DNA of 64,000 nucleotides from Plasmodiophora brassicae (Eukaryota): NCBI GenBank assembly GCA_036867785.1, contig CP145409.1, positions 1,178,001 to 1,242,000 of the forward strand, read 5' to 3'. Shown piece by piece: positions 59,644 to 64,000 of this stretch (position 1 is its first letter; each line of letters starts with the position of its first letter). The notes under the pieces were generated by a model. It saw only the letters and a program-made list of their open reading frames with translations, ran no database searches and was not told where the DNA came from. The position numbers and the translations under genes were made by a program.

Positions 59644-61726
59644 TTAATGGGCCCCGTCCAACTGCTGCCCTGCAGCATGTTCGGTTCGCTCGTCCTGGTC
59701 GTTCTCGTCGATACGCGTCATGGCCATTGGGGTGCCCTTCATGACGGTGGCGGACGGTAACGCTCTGGCGATCCGGTCAATGGTTTCCACGACGCAGGTG
59801 GCGTCGGTCATCTTGAAGAACGCCTTCTTGAACGGCATGTCCTGCTTGTTCGTGAACTGGCAGACCCCGATGACGACCCCGGTCTCGTCCGCGACCGGTA
59901 CGCACAGCACACTCGTCGTCTTGTAAGCCACCGCCTTGTCCGCCTCCTTGTCGAACCGCGCGTCTTCGTACGCGTCATCGACGACGATCGGAGCGCCCTG
60001 GCGAGCGCAGGCCCCCGGCAACCCTTCCCCGACCTTCGTCACGACCTTCTGGTGCTGGAACCCCTCTAGAATCACCGAGTGCAGCTCGTCGCCGTTCTGC
60101 ACGGCGAACAACGACGCGCGATCGGCATGCAGGCGAGCGCGCGCCGTCTGCAGGGCATCGTAGACCTCCCTACGCATAACGGAGGCCGGGCGCTCGGTAA
60201 CGGCGAACGTTCGCGACGACTGGCTCACGTACCTAAATATAGCGTCCTGCAGCAGCTCCGTCGTCGCCGACGAGTTCGACCGGTGCACCCGCTTGCCGAC
60301 CGGCGACGGCGATCGCGACGCGACCGGCGTCTGCGACGCTGTGCTGCTCGTGTCCGACGTGTCCGACCCGGCCGTCTGGTCGAACTTCGGCATGCGCTAA
60401 AGATAGCATTGCGGCGGTCAGTGAATGCGCGCCATGCAGCGGGGCAGGCGTACGGCTCCGACGTACGGTGGTGGCATGATGGGCGGACGGCGAGCGGTCG
60501 CTGAATAGGCGCATGGGGTCCTGCACCTTCTGCATGGTCTTCTGGAAGTCGTGGTCCTGGAGGACGGCGAGGATGTCGCGCATCTCGAGCGTGTGCCGCT
60601 GGAGCTTGGCGGCGTGCTCCACTGTGAAGTAGTCCTTCGTGTACTGGTGGTCCTGCCTGTTCCGGAACTCGAGGACGGCGACGATCCGGCGCGCGCGGTC
60701 GCGCACGGGCGCGATCAGCACGCTGGTCGTCTTGTAGGACGCCTCGACGTCGTACTCCTGGCTGAATCGCGGGTCGGCGTACGCGTCCGGGACGATGAGG
60801 ATGTCGCCGGACACGGCCACGACCCCGACCAGGTCCTGGTTGAACTCGTACGATCGCACGTCGCCCTGCTGCCCTTCGATGACGACGCTCTTCACGGTCT
60901 GGTCGGCGTGGCTGACCAGGTACAGGGCGCCCCGATCGGCGCCGAACTCCTCCCGGACGCGCTGGACGAACTCGGCCAGCTTCCTGAACCGGGCGTCCTG
61001 GTCCATCAGGACCTTCGTGATGTAGGAATGGCTGCGGCAGTGGGCGGCCAACGACCCGCGACGCTCGATCTCGCTCATCATGTCGCGCGTCAGGCGCCTC
61101 GTGTGGTACACTTTGGCGTACGCCTCGACGGCGCTGGCCCCGTCCGGCGCCTTGTCGTCTGACTCGAACAGGACCTTGGCGTCGTCCTCGTCGTCGTCGA
61201 AGTCGTCGTCCTCCTCGCCGACGGCGAACTGCGACCGGTCGCCGAACGTGATGTTCGCCAGCGACGTCGCCCATTGCTGGCAGGCGGCAGCCGTATCGGC
61301 CTGCAGGTCCAGCGTCCGGTCGCCGGTCACGATCGAGACGCACGTGTCCGGGTGCTCGTGGAACGTCCTGGCGAACAGCGGGCACTTGCTCGAGTGCATC
61401 TTGCGGTCGACGATGATCGACGCGATGTCGTTGAGCGGGATCGACCCCTTGGCCTTGGCGACGTTGTACCGGCCGGAAGGCAGGCGCACGTCGTCGGGAG
61501 CGCCCCAGTACAGGTTGGCGAGCATCGGGTCCACCCACAGGACGCGCCGCTTCGCCCTGCCGTACTTGAACTTGCTGAACTCCATGCCGGCCACGACGAT
61601 GGCGCGGTACCCGCGGTTCAGGATCACGTCGCTGTTGTTGCGGCGCTTCCGGCGCGGCACCCGCACCGGGTGCAGGTCCGGCGCCGACATGGCCGCCGCC
61701 GCCGCCGCCGTCGTCGTCGTCTCCAT
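59644..61726 (-). CDS. PH-like domain plus two GAF domains; intron 60397-60466
   Basis: FSKFK...KRRVLWV..LYW...RTLDLQA..WA PH-like fold. Two GAFs (ADR..L..V, DAY.D.RF...D....YKT.SVL..PV, F.N(K/R)). A phase-0 intron joins the two ORFs. Confidence 0.85.
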
Positions 61727-61887
61727 CGACCACAGATCCAGAGAGATCGATCGTCCCCCGAGTACCCTCAGCGCGCGAGCGACGCCATTCCGGCCAGGTG
61801 GAAACAGGTCGCAAAGTGTATTCAGAACGGTACACAAACAGGGCACATCATTGTCAGACGGGGGGCGCCCGAGGAAACGGCACACGT

Positions 61888-63345
61888 TCAAAGGCAGGCA
61901 GCAGCAACAGCCATGGCGGTGGCCATCGTCATGGGGATCCAGGACGAAGACGTAGCCGAACTCGGGGTCGCTGGAGCACCCGCGCCGACAGATTTCAATG
62001 GGTCGGTGGACGGTGCACGCCGAAGACGATGGGCGACGACAACGGCACCGGTGGCGGCCGCCATCGCGGGCACCCATCGCAAGATCGACGGGCGCAGCGG
62101 TTTCGGCGGTGGAGGACGACGACGACCCAGCGAGAAGCGCCTGAACATTTCGAACGCGCCACCGCCGACTAGCGCTACTGCGACCGCCTTGACCCGTTGT
62201 ATAAGCTTGGCATGTGCGCGCGCTTCCATCCACAGGTCGTACAGGCCGTGTTCCGGCGTCGTCCCAGTGACCTCAGAGGCAACGATGCGCGCGTACCAAC
62301 GCTGAAGGTCGTCGGTAACCCGGAACGCGAGTTGCAGGATCTCCATGGCTCTGCCCATGGCGGGGCCGACCGCGTCAGCGAGCTTCTTGTCGGAATCGAG
62401 CGCCAGCACGAACTCGATCGCGCGGTCAAGGCGATCGACGATGCCCTTGGAGGCGATGGCGCTGAGATCTGCCAGGTGCGATTCGGATCCGAGCACGTCG
62501 GCGATGCCGACAACAGAGAGGCGGACAGGAGTCGAAGCTTTCAGCAGTGTTTCGATGAGCCTGTTGACCTTGGGGCCGAAGTCATCCGGTTCGCCTGCCA
62601 CTGGTGCAGTGGGGGTGTGGACGCGACCACGAGCTCGTAGGTCCGCAGCAAGGCGAAGGAGGATAGCAGGCGCGTCCCGCTCGATAGAGGCGGCCACGTC
62701 CGGCCCCATGGCATCGTGCATGGAGATGGCGGCACGGAACCAGGTACCCCAGGTGGACTGGCACAGGTCCTGGACGGCGTTGGCGACGTCCTGGGACACA
62801 TAGGCACCGAGGTAGACGCCAAGACGTGTGGCGACTTCTGGCCAAACGCGCGGATCACTCAGCACGTTGGCGATGCCAGGGAGGCCAACCTGCTGGCGGA
62901 TCCAGATGAATGCGCGTGTCACGATGTGCCGAGCCAGCGAGGCGCTGTTCAGCGTTTGCAGGATGGTTGGTATGGCGAGGCTGAACTCGCGTACGACGGG
63001 CATGAGGCGACTGATCATGACCTGATCACGATCGCCGTTGAGTGCGACGACTTGCGTCCAGTTGATGCGGGCCATGTCCATGAAGGGACGCTGGCCGGAT
63101 ACGCATCCGAGGACGGTGTCGGCCTCGCTGCCAAACGTGGCCCGGGTGACGGGAACCAACGCGGGACCCACCTGGGACACCAGTTGACGACACTGCTCGC
63201 CCGTTTCGTGGTCTTCGCACGGGTCGCAGAACCAGCGCAGCAACGCCGACGACAGGTCACGCTCGATGACTGCATCGTCGGGGATGGCCTCGACGCAGGC
63301 CGCTGACGCCAGGCCGACGGCCACAACGACCGACCACACCAACAT
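61888..63345 (-). CDS. Secreted or membrane-anchored hypothetical protein
   Basis: Signal peptide MLVWSVVVAVGLASAA; hydrophobic C-terminal tail; long single ORF. Confidence 0.65.
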   Translation of the reverse strand: MLVWSVVVAVGLASAACVEAIPDDAVIERDLSSALLRWFCDPCEDHETGEQCRQLVSQVGPALVPVTRATFGSEADTVLGCVSGQRPFMDMARINWTQVVALNGDRDQVMISRLMPVVREFSLAIPTILQTLNSASLARHIVTRAFIWIRQQVGLPGIANVLSDPRVWPEVATRLGVYLGAYVSQDVANAVQDLCQSTWGTWFRAAISMHDAMGPDVAASIERDAPAILLRLAADLRARGRVHTPTAPVAGEPDDFGPKVNRLIETLLKASTPVRLSVVGIADVLGSESHLADLSAIASKGIVDRLDRAIEFVLALDSDKKLADAVGPAMGRAMEILQLAFRVTDDLQRWYARIVASEVTGTTPEHGLYDLWMEARAHAKLIQRVKAVAVALVGGGAFEMFRRFSLGRRRPPPPKPLRPSILRWVPAMAAATGAVVVAHRLRRAPSTDPLKSVGAGAPATPSSATSSSWIPMTMATAMAVAAACL

Positions 63346-63513
63346 GAGCTGCACGATAATGGCGGCTGACGCGGCCGCATTTTCCTAAATAGAAGTACCT
63401 TCCTGACAGCGGTCCGAATCTATTCTCGGAGCATCGATCGCTCGCGCACCTATCGACGCTTCTGCGGGCAGGTCGCGCAATGCGGGGCCGTGATCACACG
63501 CGCGTGTATTGAC

Positions 63514-64000
63514 ATGCCGGAGGCGATAGCGCGCATCATGGCCGTCACCGTGATGGCGTTCGGGATCGTCGGCGCGAGTACCGTCGTGACGACATCGCAT
63601 GGGTTCGTGGACCTGGTGGTGACCGGGGCGGTGCCGGCGCTGGTTGTACGAGAGGGCAGTGGCGACCCCCTGACGCTGGCGTTGACGCCGGGGCAGGCCG
63701 TGTATCGGGTCGCGGACCTCGTGCCTGGCCGATCGTACCGCATTGATGCAGGACAAGATGCCAGGATCGAACCTGATGGCGGCTGGGTCGTTCATGTTCA
63801 GCGTCCGGCGCTTCGGGCGACTGCGGTCCTGGGCGTCTCCACCACTGTCTCGGTCTACGATGACGAACGCGACGTGCCGCTGACTCTGTCGATTGCAACG
63901 GCCAGTACGTGTACGCCGCCGGTGAATTCGACTGGGGCCGTTGCTGCTGAGGACTTCGACGCCGTTTGTGTCGCACCGTCGGATATCACGAAGCCGTCGC
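63514..64000 (+). CDS. Hypothetical secreted protein, runs off the window
   Basis: Frame open from ATG 63514 to the window end; hydrophobic N-terminus. Confidence 0.5.
   Translation, partial: MPEAIARIMAVTVMAFGIVGASTVVTTSHGFVDLVVTGAVPALVVREGSGDPLTLALTPGQAVYRVADLVPGRSYRIDAGQDARIEPDGGWVVHVQRPALRATAVLGVSTTVSVYDDERDVPLTLSIATASTCTPPVNSTGAVAAEDFDAVCVAPSDITKPS

Noticed and set aside
60225-62305. 536-aa and 343-aa alternative ORFs, and the 666-aa ORF's long N-terminal extension
   Set aside because: Alternative frames of the PH-GAF gene; the extension overlaps the neighbouring gene's 3' end.

Overview
Gene-dense eukaryotic genomic DNA, GC-rich, with many short (mostly 50-70 nt) GT-AG introns and flagellar genes. 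The style suggests a plasmodiophorid protist such as Plasmodiophora brassicae (inferred, not verified). It holds about 35 protein genes. Recognisable ones are glycerate kinase, bHLH, two LRR proteins, YeeE/YedE, PI4K, a lectin-repeat protein, ankyrin, IMPase, Twinkle, RPAC2, GS-II, eIF5, proteasome beta5, TMEM138, ADSS, a metallophosphoesterase, OTU1, codanin-like, MSP, ODA-DC, RagC/D, LYRM, PMP34-like and PH-GAF-GAF. Highlights: (1) An intact, very young Ty1/copia LTR retrotransposon (2428-7553) with three odd features: a primer-binding site complementary to the anticodon arm of tRNA-Lys(CUU), a -1 frameshift cassette (G GAU UUC, 6-nt spacer, 10-bp hairpin) lying between protease and integrase, and an insertion that truncates a bHLH gene using the LTR's own TGA. 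(2) An apparent fusion of two ER cargo receptors, an L-type lectin and cornichon. (3) Two U51/snR39-like C/D snoRNAs, each in an enlarged intron of an apparently non-coding host transcript. (4) A secreted coiled-coil protein resembling trichocyst matrix proteins, carrying five intron-containing SUEL lectin repeats. (5) Poor-context uORFs upstream of eIF5. All family assignments come from motifs recognised by eye; no database searches were run, and several exon boundaries are approximate.
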